The notes beneath the pieces are model-generated. The model did not search any database. It was not told where the DNA came from and was given only the letters and a program-made list of their open reading frames with translations. A stretch of 28,823 nt of DNA from Candidatus Micrarchaeota archaeon (GTDB lineage: Archaea > B1Sed10-29 > JAJRYS01): positions 1-28,823 of the forward strand of contig JAZDJV010000088.1 in the NCBI GenBank assembly GCA_043803585.1. The letters run 5' to 3'. Below are positions 8,906 through 17,355 of this stretch, one piece after another. The translations under genes and the position numbers were made by a program. Within the stretch, counting starts at the first letter, position 1. The number at the start of each line of letters is the position of its first letter.

Positions 8906-9454
8906 ATGATAATACATAACTCCATTGAAGGCGTGCTGGCCACCCCCTCAAAAGCGAAGGTGGCGCGCTTTCTGCTCAGAAGCAAAAAAGAGGAGCAGAC
9001 GAGCTCCGAGATAGCAAGGGCTGTCAGCCTGTCAGTTCCTCAGTCAATAAAGTCGCTCAGAGCGCTTGAAGAAGACGGCGTCGTCACTTACAGGACCATT
9101 GGGAAAGCAATGGTGTGGAAGCTTAATTCTGATAGTTTTATGCTGAAAAAATTGAAAAGCGTCTTTCAGGATCCGATTGACATTATCAAGAAAAAGCTGA
9201 AGGCGCTGAAAAAACACTGTTACAAGGTGATAATATTCGGCAGTGTCGCGAGGAAAGAGGAGACAAAGAAAAGCGATCTGGACCTCTGCCTTGTTGCTGA
9301 CAATCAGAAGTACAAAAAAGAGCTTGATGAGCTTAGGTATGAAATTTTGAAGGAGTTCGGAATCGTCGTGTCTGTTGTAACCTTCAAAAAGAGCGAGTTT
9401 GAAAGCAAGAAAAGCAAACTGCTTGATGAAATAAGGGAGGGGACTGAGCTGTGA
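8906..9454 (+). CDS. wHTH-fused minimal nucleotidyltransferase (MNT antitoxin)
   Basis: N-terminal HTH (TSSEIARAVSLSVPQSIKSLRALEEDGVV) and MNT motif IIFGSVARKEETKKSDLDL. Its stop overlaps the next gene's start (GTGA). Confidence 0.9.
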   Translation: MIIHNSIEGVLATPSKAKVARFLLRSKKEEQTSSEIARAVSLSVPQSIKSLRALEEDGVVTYRTIGKAMVWKLNSDSFMLKKLKSVFQDPIDIIKKKLKALKKHCYKVIIFGSVARKEETKKSDLDLCLVADNQKYKKELDELRYEILKEFGIVVSVVTFKKSEFESKKSKLLDEIREGTEL

Positions 9455-9864
9455 AAGCGCGCCCAGTTGAAAAATTCAAGTACGCAAACTTTGAGAAAAA
9501 GGCTGACGAGTTTTACGCTTCAATGCAGGAAGCGCTGCAAAAAAGAAGATGGAACGCAGTCGGATTAACCGGAATCCACTGCGCGATAAGCTGTTGCGAC
9601 GCCTTAACCGCTTACTTTTTGGGCAAGCGCAGCGCCGGCGAAAGGCACGAAGAAGTTGTTGAACTGCTTAAAGAAATAAAATCAATCGATGAAAGCGAAA
9701 AAAAGGCGAGGATAACCCAGATTTTGAACATCTTAAAGCCGAAAACAAAAGTTTCTTATGACAGCGAAATTTTCAGGGAAAATGAGGCGCTTGATCTGGC
9801 GAAAAGAGTTGAAAGATTTTATGAATGGGTTAAATCAATCCTGCAAAAGGAGAGAGGACTGTGA
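9451..9864 (+). CDS. HEPN domain protein (partner of the MNT)
   Basis: 137-aa helical protein: KADEFY..M..AL....WNAV...GIH.AIS..DAL...LG.RS.GE.H..V..LL and K..K..V.Y. Directly follows the MNT gene. Confidence 0.85.
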   Translation: MKARPVEKFKYANFEKKADEFYASMQEALQKRRWNAVGLTGIHCAISCCDALTAYFLGKRSAGERHEEVVELLKEIKSIDESEKKARITQILNILKPKTKVSYDSEIFRENEALDLAKRVERFYEWVKSILQKERGL

Positions 9865-10511
9865 ATAAAGCAAAAATCAAAGCCTTTTTGTTCGACGTCG
9901 ACGGCACGCTTGTGTCAGCAGACGCCGTGATTCACGCGGCTCAGGTCACGATGAAAGAATTCGGACTGAGAGTGCTGACGAAAAAAGAGATTTACGAAAA
10001 GCTGATGGGCGGCGTGATTCCGAGGGCTTTTCCCGAAATTTACGGCATCAGCGTTGAGAAAGCGCTTGAAGTTGAAAAAAAGTACATTAAGAATTACAAC
10101 AAAATGCACGAACAGCATGTAATTCCGCATGCTGTGGAAGTTCTGCGTGCGCTTAAGAAAAGAGGCATGAAAATCGGCATTGTCACGACAAAAAGCAGGG
10201 CCACGGCTGAAACAGCCCTCAAGTCCTGCGGGCTTGATTACGACGAGCTTGTGAGCGCCGACGACGTGAAGCCTGACGAAATAAAGCCGAGCCCGATTCC
10301 AATAATAAAAATCTGCAGAATGCTGAAGATTGAAGCGGAAAATGCAGTTATGGTCGGCGACATGGACGTTGACGTGATCGCAGGCAAAAGAGCAGGCTGC
10401 GCAATGGCAGTCGGCATCACCACCGGCGTCCACGACAGAAAGAAACTTAAACAGGCAGGCGCTGATTATATTATAGATGACTTAAAAGAGATTTTGGAAT
10501 TGGTGAAATGA
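9861..10511 (+). CDS. HAD-superfamily hydrolase (phosphoglycolate phosphatase-like)
   Basis: Motif I FDVDGTL, motif II VTT, motif III KPSP, motif IV MVGDMDVD. The GTG start overlaps the HEPN stop. Confidence 0.92.
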   Translation: MNKAKIKAFLFDVDGTLVSADAVIHAAQVTMKEFGLRVLTKKEIYEKLMGGVIPRAFPEIYGISVEKALEVEKKYIKNYNKMHEQHVIPHAVEVLRALKKRGMKIGIVTTKSRATAETALKSCGLDYDELVSADDVKPDEIKPSPIPIIKICRMLKIEAENAVMVGDMDVDVIAGKRAGCAMAVGITTGVHDRKKLKQAGADYIIDDLKEILELVK

Positions 10512-11056
10512 AAATGAAAAAAAAACTGAAAACCACCGACACAACCATTGACGAACTGCTCATTCCGAAAGAAAGAGTGGGCGTGCTCATCGGAAAGAAG
10601 GGCGAAGTGAAAAGAAAGATTGAAAGAGAGTGCGGCGTGAAGCTTGAGATTGACTCCGAGGAGGGCGAAGTGATGATTGAGCGCCCCTCAGAGGGCAGCC
10701 AGGCGCTTGACGGGCTCAAAGGGCTTGACATAATCAGGGCGATTGCACGCGGTTTTGCCCCTGCAAAAGCTTTTAAACTTTTGAAACCAAATATATGCAT
10801 TGACATAATTGACCTGACAGACTATGTCTCGAAGAAATCCATGCGCAGGGTTAAGTCAAGGCTGATCGGCGCGCACGGCAAATCAAGGTCATACACTTCA
10901 AGGCTTACAAAAACAGAAATTGTTATATATGGCAAGACAGTATCACTCATCGGTGAGCTGGAGAACGTAGAAATCGCAAAAAGAGGTCTGATGAAGCTGG
11001 TGAAAGGAAGTTCGCACAGCTCGGTATTCACGTTCTTGGAAAGAAACAGGCTGTAA
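10508..11056 (+). CDS. KH-domain rRNA-processing protein (Dim2/Pno1-like)
   Basis: Two KH GxxG loops (LIGKKG, LIGAHG), IARGF and IVIYGKTVSLIG. Sits directly before top6B, its usual archaeal context. Confidence 0.92.
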   Translation: MKMKKKLKTTDTTIDELLIPKERVGVLIGKKGEVKRKIERECGVKLEIDSEEGEVMIERPSEGSQALDGLKGLDIIRAIARGFAPAKAFKLLKPNICIDIIDLTDYVSKKSMRRVKSRLIGAHGKSRSYTSRLTKTEIVIYGKTVSLIGELENVEIAKRGLMKLVKGSSHSSVFTFLERNRL

Positions 11057-11112
11057 TATAACGATATTGAGAGAACAAGCCTTACAAATTATGATAAGAT
11101 AAGGGATAGACT

Positions 11113-12774
11113 ATGGCTGACGTAAACATTCACAAGGATTTTCAGGAGCACAGCATCGCTGAGTTCTTCAAGAAAAACAGGCAGATGCTTGGCTATTCGG
11201 GCAAGATAAAATCACTGACAACTGTCGTGCACGAATATGTCACGAACTCTGTCGACGCCTGCGAAGAGGCGGGCATACTGCCTGAAATTTATGTCAAGCT
11301 TGAGAGGCACGGGCCCGAGCATTTTAAAGTCATTGTCGAGGACAACGGCCCCGGCATGTCAAAGAATATCGTTCCGAAAGCCTTCGGCACAATGCTGGCC
11401 GGAACAAAGTTCCACAGGTTCCAGCAGGCGAGGGGGCAGCAGGGCATAGGAGGCTCAGGCTGCATCATGTTTTCCCAGGTCACGACAGGAAAGCCGACCA
11501 AAGTCATAACTTCGCAGGGCAAAGGCACTGTTTATGAATGCAACCTGTCAATTGACGTCAAGGCAAATGCTGCGCAAATTCAGGATCCGAAAGAGTATTC
11601 CGGGCACATGAAAGGCACAAGGCTTGAGTCTGAGATAAAGGATGTCAAATACCAGAAAGGCGAATATTCTGTTGACGAATACCTCAGAAGGACGGCACTC
11701 GCAAATCCGCACGTCAAAATAACTTACATTGACCCTGAGAATCTGACCACTGTTTACGACAGGGCGGTCGGCGTTATACCAAAAAAAGCCAAGCCGACCC
11801 AGCCGCACCCGAAGGGCGTGGGCGTTGACGACATCATGTCGCTTTCGTCTGCCACAAAAGCCAGAACAGTGTCGTCATTTTTGACAACCGAACTTACGAG
11901 GTTCAGCTCGCATAAGGCAAAAGAAATGCAGGGCATGATTACGTTTGACATTAACAAAAGGCCGCAGGATCTGAGATGGAACGAGGCCGAGGAGATAGTC
12001 AAGGCGTTTGAGAAAATGTCTTTTATTGCCCCGCCCACGGACTGCCTGATTCCGATCGGCGAGAAGCACCTTGAGAAGGCCCTTGACAATATCCTGAAGC
12101 CTGATTTCAAGACAATCCTTGAAAGACCGGCTTCAATCTACAGGGGTGGAGTGCCGTTCATAATTGAAGTGGCTCTTGCATACGGCGGAAAGTCAGGAAA
12201 ACTCACTGAAGAAGAGGCGACAGGCAAAAGCAAAACAGACATAGTTGAAGACGGGCTCGGAATTGAGCCTACAAACCAGATCGAAATAATGAGGTTTTCA
12301 AATAGGGTTCCGCTTCTGTTTGACGCAGGCGGATGCGCCATAACGAAGGCAGTCAATTCTGTTGAATGGAAAAGATACAAGTTAAATGAAGGGTCTCCGA
12401 TGTCGATTCTCATTAATTTTACTTCTGTCCACGTGCCGTACACGGGCGCCGGAAAGGAGTCAATTGCGGACGACGAAGAAGTGACAAAAGAAATCAGGCT
12501 TGCGCTGATGGACGCGGGCAGAAGGCTCGGCCAGTTTGTTTCTGGCCAGAGGAAACAGTATGAAAGAACCCAGAAAATACAGACTCTGCTCGTTTATATC
12601 CAGCCTGTTGCTGAGGCCCTGGCGAAAATCACGGGCGAAAAAGAGGATATTCTGATTAAAAAAATGAAAGCAATTGTCGAAACAAAATACACCGGCTCGG
12701 AGGACGAGGACGGCGAGTCAGAAGAGGGCGCCGGTGAAGAAGAGAACGGCGAAGAAAACGGCGATGATGAGTGA
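11113..12774 (+). CDS. top6B: DNA topoisomerase VI subunit B
   Basis: SIAEFFKKN, GHKL motifs HEYVTNSVDA, EDNGPG, RGQQGIG, transducer RFSNRVPLL, and an acidic C-terminal tail. Confidence 0.98.
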   Translation: MADVNIHKDFQEHSIAEFFKKNRQMLGYSGKIKSLTTVVHEYVTNSVDACEEAGILPEIYVKLERHGPEHFKVIVEDNGPGMSKNIVPKAFGTMLAGTKFHRFQQARGQQGIGGSGCIMFSQVTTGKPTKVITSQGKGTVYECNLSIDVKANAAQIQDPKEYSGHMKGTRLESEIKDVKYQKGEYSVDEYLRRTALANPHVKITYIDPENLTTVYDRAVGVIPKKAKPTQPHPKGVGVDDIMSLSSATKARTVSSFLTTELTRFSSHKAKEMQGMITFDINKRPQDLRWNEAEEIVKAFEKMSFIAPPTDCLIPIGEKHLEKALDNILKPDFKTILERPASIYRGGVPFIIEVALAYGGKSGKLTEEEATGKSKTDIVEDGLGIEPTNQIEIMRFSNRVPLLFDAGGCAITKAVNSVEWKRYKLNEGSPMSILINFTSVHVPYTGAGKESIADDEEVTKEIRLALMDAGRRLGQFVSGQRKQYERTQKIQTLLVYIQPVAEALAKITGEKEDILIKKMKAIVETKYTGSEDEDGESEEGAGEEENGEENGDDE

Positions 12775-12793
12775 TCTTTGGAGATGAAAGGGA

Positions 12794-13924
12794 ATGGCCA
12801 AAAAAATCAAAAGAATGGAATTTGAAAAGCACAAGTCAACAGAAAGCGAGAAAGAATGCATGAAAAAGATTGAAGACCTCGCAGCAGGCCTTATCCGCTC
12901 CATCAAAAAAGACGAGTCTCCTGAGATGTACATCCCCATCAGAGGCCTGGCGAACACCAATTTTGACGCAAAGCAGCAGATGCTTCAGCTCGGCGACAAA
13001 AAGTCAACAAGAAAATACATGAACACGGCCCACACGAGAAAATTCATGCAGACAATGCTTGTCGCCGAATTCTGCTACAACCACCTGCTGAAAGAGGGCG
13101 TGCACACTTCAATCAGGGACATGTATTACGGCTTATTGAGGACGCTCCCCAATTCAAAGATAAACACGCTGAATGACCAGACAGAATCAAACCAATGCGC
13201 AGAGGACGTGGAAATTTCGCTTGACCTGATAAGAGAAAATTTGAATCTGATTGCAACGCCGAAAGGCAGGGTTGTCGGAAACGCCGTGATTGAAGACATC
13301 GGCGACACCATTGACTGGAGCAAAATGGGCTCGGGCGGATGGGCCATCCCTTCAAACGTTGATGACATAAAATTCAAGGAAGTTTCTGCTGATTATATTT
13401 TAGTGATAGAAAAATACGCCGCATTTGCCCGTCTTAACGAGGACAAGTTCTGGAAAAAACAGAACTGCGTGCTTTTCACGCCGGAGGGTCAGTCGTCAAG
13501 AGGGCTTAAAAGAATTGTGCAGAGGCTCTCCACGGAAAAAAAGCTTCCGGTTTATGTCTGCACTGACGGCGACGGATACGGCTGGTATATTTACTCAACT
13601 TTGAAATACGGCTCAATGGCCCTTGCCCACACTTCATCCAGGCTGGCCACGCCGAAAGCCCAGTTCATGGGCCTGACAATGGACGACATCAAGAATTATG
13701 ATCTTGAGAAATACACAATCAGGGCCGAGACAGTCGACCTGAAAAGAGCGAAGGAGATAAAAGCATACCCCTGGTTCCAGAAAAAAGAGTGGCAGAGGCA
13801 GCTTGACATGGCGCTGTCGTCGCAGAAAAAGGCTGAGATAGAGTCCCTGACCTCAAAAGGCATCAGGTTCCTGACCACAGACTACCTGCCTGATAAGATT
13901 GAGAACAAGGATTTCTTACCGTAA
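12794..13924 (+). CDS. top6A: DNA topoisomerase VI subunit A
   Basis: Catalytic-Tyr motif SIRDMYY, TOPRIM IEK and DGDGYG, GSGGWAIP and KAEIESL. Confidence 0.98.
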   Translation: MAKKIKRMEFEKHKSTESEKECMKKIEDLAAGLIRSIKKDESPEMYIPIRGLANTNFDAKQQMLQLGDKKSTRKYMNTAHTRKFMQTMLVAEFCYNHLLKEGVHTSIRDMYYGLLRTLPNSKINTLNDQTESNQCAEDVEISLDLIRENLNLIATPKGRVVGNAVIEDIGDTIDWSKMGSGGWAIPSNVDDIKFKEVSADYILVIEKYAAFARLNEDKFWKKQNCVLFTPEGQSSRGLKRIVQRLSTEKKLPVYVCTDGDGYGWYIYSTLKYGSMALAHTSSRLATPKAQFMGLTMDDIKNYDLEKYTIRAETVDLKRAKEIKAYPWFQKKEWQRQLDMALSSQKKAEIESLTSKGIRFLTTDYLPDKIENKDFLP

Positions 13925-14021
13925 TTGATTAAAAGGATGAAAAAGTAATATTATTGCACGAATTATAATGCAAGATGTGAAATAATACGAACAAAGATGA
14001 AAATCAAAAGGAGAACATCAA

Positions 14022-14450
14022 ATGAAGATTTTAACAGCGCAGTCAAAGCTGAGCCTTTTTGAGGAAGTCCAGTCGGTGAAATCTGGCGAAAAAGAGGTTT
14101 ACGTTTCTCTGAGGCCGACTATGGAAATAGTCAACAAGATCCTTGAGCGCTCCCCGTCGTTGAAAACAGTTTCGTGCCCGAAATCGCTTTACCTGCAGGT
14201 GTCGCGCAAGGTTTTCAAGAGCCTCGCCGACAAGGGAATACAGATTAACGCGGGCGAATGGAAGGCTGGAAGGCCGATGAAGCACGACATTGAGCTGATA
14301 AAAGAAGTGATAAAGCAGCGCGCGGACGGCAAAGGGGCGAAGAAAATCGCCGAGGACATAAACATCCCCCTGCGCACGGTTTATTTCTACCTGAGAAACG
14401 GCGTGCCCGAAACAAAAACATCGCCCGGCTCAGGCGCAGAGGTTTTTTAA
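14022..14450 (+). CDS. DUF1699-like protein with a C-terminal helix-turn-helix
   Basis: VYVSLRPT, PKSLY..VS and GRP resemble DUF1699/COG1710. C-terminal GAKKIAEDINIPLRTVYFYL is an HTH. SD GGAG upstream. Confidence 0.7.
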   Translation: MKILTAQSKLSLFEEVQSVKSGEKEVYVSLRPTMEIVNKILERSPSLKTVSCPKSLYLQVSRKVFKSLADKGIQINAGEWKAGRPMKHDIELIKEVIKQRADGKGAKKIAEDINIPLRTVYFYLRNGVPETKTSPGSGAEVF

Positions 14451-14478
14451 ACATCATTTTCTCAAATTATCCCCGCAT

Positions 14479-14551
14479 GCCTCGGTAGCTCAGCCGGTGG
14501 AGCATCCGACTGTTAATCGGAAGGCCGTGAGTTCAAATCTCACCCGAGGCG
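14479..14551 (+). tRNA. tRNA-Asn (GTT), no intron, CCA not encoded
   Basis: Cloverleaf folded by hand: acceptor GCCTCGG/CCGAGGC, D stem GCTC/GAGC, anticodon arm TCCGA-CTGTTAA-TCGGA, T arm GTGAG-TTCAAAT-CTCAC, discriminator G. G15 is present. Confidence 0.97.
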
Positions 14552-14556
14552 CTCTC

Positions 14557-14578
14557 CCTTTTTTTCAAAAAGAAAAGG
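14557..14578 (+). terminator. T-tract / weak hairpin directly after tRNA-Asn
   Basis: CCTTTTTTTCAAAAAGAAAAGG: a T7 run typical of archaeal terminators that can also fold back on itself. Confidence 0.5.
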
Positions 14579-14711
14579 TAAGGTTTGCAATGCACAGTAA
14601 AGAAAGTATGTGTGCATTGAAACCTCAAAGCAGCGAAGCTGCTTTGCAGGTATCAAAAGAAATTTACAGAACGTATCAATGCATCTAATTTTATCAAATG
14701 CAGCTTGAAAA

Positions 14712-15347
14712 TCAGCAGAAATCCTGCGTTATGTAAACTGTTTCGTTTTCAGCGATTGCAACGCCTATTCCTTCTGTTTCCCATTCAGGCTTGAGCAGGT
14801 TGTCCCTGTGCGCCGCGCTGTCCATCCACCCCTGCACAGTTGACTGCGCGAGGTCCTCGAATGTTTTGTAGTCAGAGTGGTCGTACGTTCCGTTGACGTA
14901 ATAGTTCATTGACACCAGGTAGTTTCTGTACAAATTTTCCCCGCCTGTCAGGAAAGTGCTTGTTCCGATGCTGATATAGCATGAGAAATTAAGCTCGTCG
15001 TATCTCGATTTTGGAGTTGAGCCGTCCAGCCCAATGTGGTCAAAGAAACCTTCTACTGCCATGTAATTGCTGTATTTGCGGGCAACAGCCTGCAGATGCT
15101 TGTTGAATTCCAGCTCGCCTGCTCCATATTCAACTCTTAGTTCGTTCACAATCTCGTGGATGCGCAGCTCAAGGGCGTTGATGTCAATCCCGTTGCTCTC
15201 GTTCGGCCCGAACAGCGAAGGCTCGGGAACGTAATCAACAATTGTATTGTCCCCGTTTCCGTTGTAGCAGCTGCTGCATCCATTGCAGCCGCTGAGAAAT
15301 AGCATGACGCTGATTGAAAGCAAGGCAATAACTTTTTCATTTTTCAT
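14712..15347 (-). CDS. CAP (SCP/PR-1) domain lipoprotein
   Basis: Lipobox-like LFLSGC; CAP motifs IHEIVNELR, VARKYSNYMA..GFFDH, GGENLY, QGWMDSAAHRDNLL and GIGVA...YITQDFC. Confidence 0.92.
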   Translation of the reverse strand: MKNEKVIALLSISVMLFLSGCNGCSSCYNGNGDNTIVDYVPEPSLFGPNESNGIDINALELRIHEIVNELRVEYGAGELEFNKHLQAVARKYSNYMAVEGFFDHIGLDGSTPKSRYDELNFSCYISIGTSTFLTGGENLYRNYLVSMNYYVNGTYDHSDYKTFEDLAQSTVQGWMDSAAHRDNLLKPEWETEGIGVAIAENETVYITQDFC

Positions 15348-16654
15348 AATTTCAAGTCCGCCAGATTCCTGCGCAGGGAGGCCAGCGCTTCGACGCGCGC
15401 GACAGGATTTTTTTCAGCCTTAATCTGCTCGTAGGTATCTACATCAAGCAGGTTTTTTAATGCGATGCCGAGCTCTTCGCAGGCCTGCGAAACAGCTTTG
15501 TAAGTGTCAGAGTCAGGCTTCAGATAGCAGTAAACATGCTTGTAGTGGTTTTTGTGCGCTTTCAGATAAGCGAACACTCTTTTCATTGTGACTTCCGTGT
15601 ATTCTTTCCTGATTTCAGGCGTTTCCTCCCACTCGGGCCAGTCATAGGCGCTGAAAGGGTAGTGGCCGTTGAACTCCATAGGGATTACGCCGGGCGTTGA
15701 AACCACGACGCTGTGCATCTGTTTTGCGGCCCCCGTCTGTTTCAAAACCCTGAAAATTTCCATGTGCGTCTGCGACCTTGAATAGGGCTTGCGCGCAGAG
15801 CAGGGCAGAAACAGAAGGAATTTCTTGTCCGCAGGGGGCTTGTAAAATCTTTCGAAATAGTCCTGCCACACGTTGAAAAACGGATGATTAAGAATTTCGG
15901 AAGTCGCCCCTTTCAGCAGTTTCTTCTGCTCATTTGGAAATTTCGGCAAAAACATGTAGTTCTGCGCGTCTGTCTCAATATGCGGTTTGTGCTTGTATTT
16001 CTGGACAAGCTTGTTGAATTCATCCTCGCTGATAGGCTTCCATTTTCCGCTTATCCAAAGGTCAAACAGCTTCGCCTTCGAGTGCGGAAAAGTGTTGATG
16101 AGCACGATTGAATCGCTGTATTTGTCAGCGAATTCGACACTTGGGTCAAGGTTCTCTGGTTTTGAAAACGGCATGTTTACCATCAGATAAGTGCGCACTT
16201 TGTGCCCTCTTTCGTGGAGAAGCTCGGCTGCTTTTGCAAAATCTTCTTTTGTGAACCCCTTTCCGTAATTTTTGAGGACAGTGTTGTCAGCGCACTCAAG
16301 TCCTATCGCCACATTGAGCTCAAGCCCTGTGAAATCCTTGAGGCTGTCGTCTGTCACAAATTCAGGCCTGCTTTCAATTGTCAGCTTTTTGACTCCCTTT
16401 TCGCGGACATAGTCAGCGAACCATTTCCTGAATTCAGGGCTGAACTGCTTGTTGTCAAGGAAAGAGCCTGAAGCGAATATCTTCAGCTCGTCAGTTCTGC
16501 CTATGTCAGCTGCCTGCACCTTTCTCTTGCACGCTTCCATGTCAAACGGCGCCTCAAGCTGGCCCCATCCGCACGCAAAGCACTTGCCCCAGCTGCATTT
16601 TCCGCTTGACAGAATGAGAGTTTTTACGGTCATTTTGATTTGCCTCTTAGTCAT
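15344..16654 (-). CDS. Fusion of a RaSEA-like radical SAM domain and an ArcS-like (DUF5591) domain; putative archaeosine synthase
   Basis: Residues 1-240: GKCSWGKCFACG, KIFASGSFLD, TIESRPEFV, VAIGLE, LWISGKWKP (COG1244/RaSEA-like). Residues 250-436: YKPP...FLLFLPCSARKPYSRSQTH...VVVSTPGVIP.E...YPF..YD (ArcS catalytic-domain motifs). Confidence 0.85.
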   Translation of the reverse strand: MTKRQIKMTVKTLILSSGKCSWGKCFACGWGQLEAPFDMEACKRKVQAADIGRTDELKIFASGSFLDNKQFSPEFRKWFADYVREKGVKKLTIESRPEFVTDDSLKDFTGLELNVAIGLECADNTVLKNYGKGFTKEDFAKAAELLHERGHKVRTYLMVNMPFSKPENLDPSVEFADKYSDSIVLINTFPHSKAKLFDLWISGKWKPISEDEFNKLVQKYKHKPHIETDAQNYMFLPKFPNEQKKLLKGATSEILNHPFFNVWQDYFERFYKPPADKKFLLFLPCSARKPYSRSQTHMEIFRVLKQTGAAKQMHSVVVSTPGVIPMEFNGHYPFSAYDWPEWEETPEIRKEYTEVTMKRVFAYLKAHKNHYKHVYCYLKPDSDTYKAVSQACEELGIALKNLLDVDTYEQIKAEKNPVARVEALASLRRNLADLKL

Positions 16655-17307
16655 TTCAAATTCTTTTTGAAATTATTATAAGCAACGTCATCAACAATTA
16701 TTTTTCCATCAATTCTTTTATTGTGCAAATGGTCGAATAATTCTGTTGCAGTTAATACTGAATAAACAGGCAAATCTTTCCCTTCCATTTCTTTAACTGC
16801 ATTCATTCCCGTTTTCCCCCCTTCCTGCCTGTCGAATAGAACCACAAGACCAATAATTTTAATATTTTTTCCTGTCGCCTTTATTTTTGCAAGCATATCC
16901 AGTTTGGTCCCGCCGTCTGTTATTACATCATCAAGTATTATCGCTCTGTCATCATCATTCAAGTCGCCAACAAATAGCCTGTCTTTTTCATCGTCATAAT
17001 TCTTAGACTCTTTTCTGTCATACACAAATCTCACGTTTTTTCCGCGCCTTGCTAGCTCTTCTGCAGCTGAAATTGCAAGCGGGATGCCGGCATAGGACGG
17101 GCCTATTATCACTTCAAACTTTAGGCTATTTTTTTCAATAACATCTGCGTAATATTTGCCGATTTCAATCATCGCATTTCCATCGTTCAGCCTTCTTGTA
17201 TTGTAAAAATACGAACTCTTTCTGCCGGATTTCAGTGTGAATTTCCCAAATTTGAGAACTTCATTTTTCAAAAGAAGGGAGATAACACTTTTGTCCGTTT
17301 CCACCAC
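16651..17307 (-). CDS. pyrE: Orotate phosphoribosyltransferase
   Basis: LKFGKFTLKSGRKSSYFYN, GPSYAGIPLA, DRKE and PRPP motif IILDDVITDGGT. Its stop overlaps the next gene's start (ATGA). Confidence 0.95.
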   Translation of the reverse strand: MVETDKSVISLLLKNEVLKFGKFTLKSGRKSSYFYNTRRLNDGNAMIEIGKYYADVIEKNSLKFEVIIGPSYAGIPLAISAAEELARRGKNVRFVYDRKESKNYDDEKDRLFVGDLNDDDRAIILDDVITDGGTKLDMLAKIKATGKNIKIIGLVVLFDRQEGGKTGMNAVKEMEGKDLPVYSVLTATELFDHLHNKRIDGKIIVDDVAYNNFKKNLK

Positions 17308-17355
17308 CCCGTTGCGGCCATGATTATATATTGCGCAGGTGCGTATATATTAGCT

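Noticed and set aside
14452-14711. Integrated element at tRNA-Asn
   Set aside because: No integrase and no second copy of the tRNA 3' end seen in the window; only the hairpins are reported.
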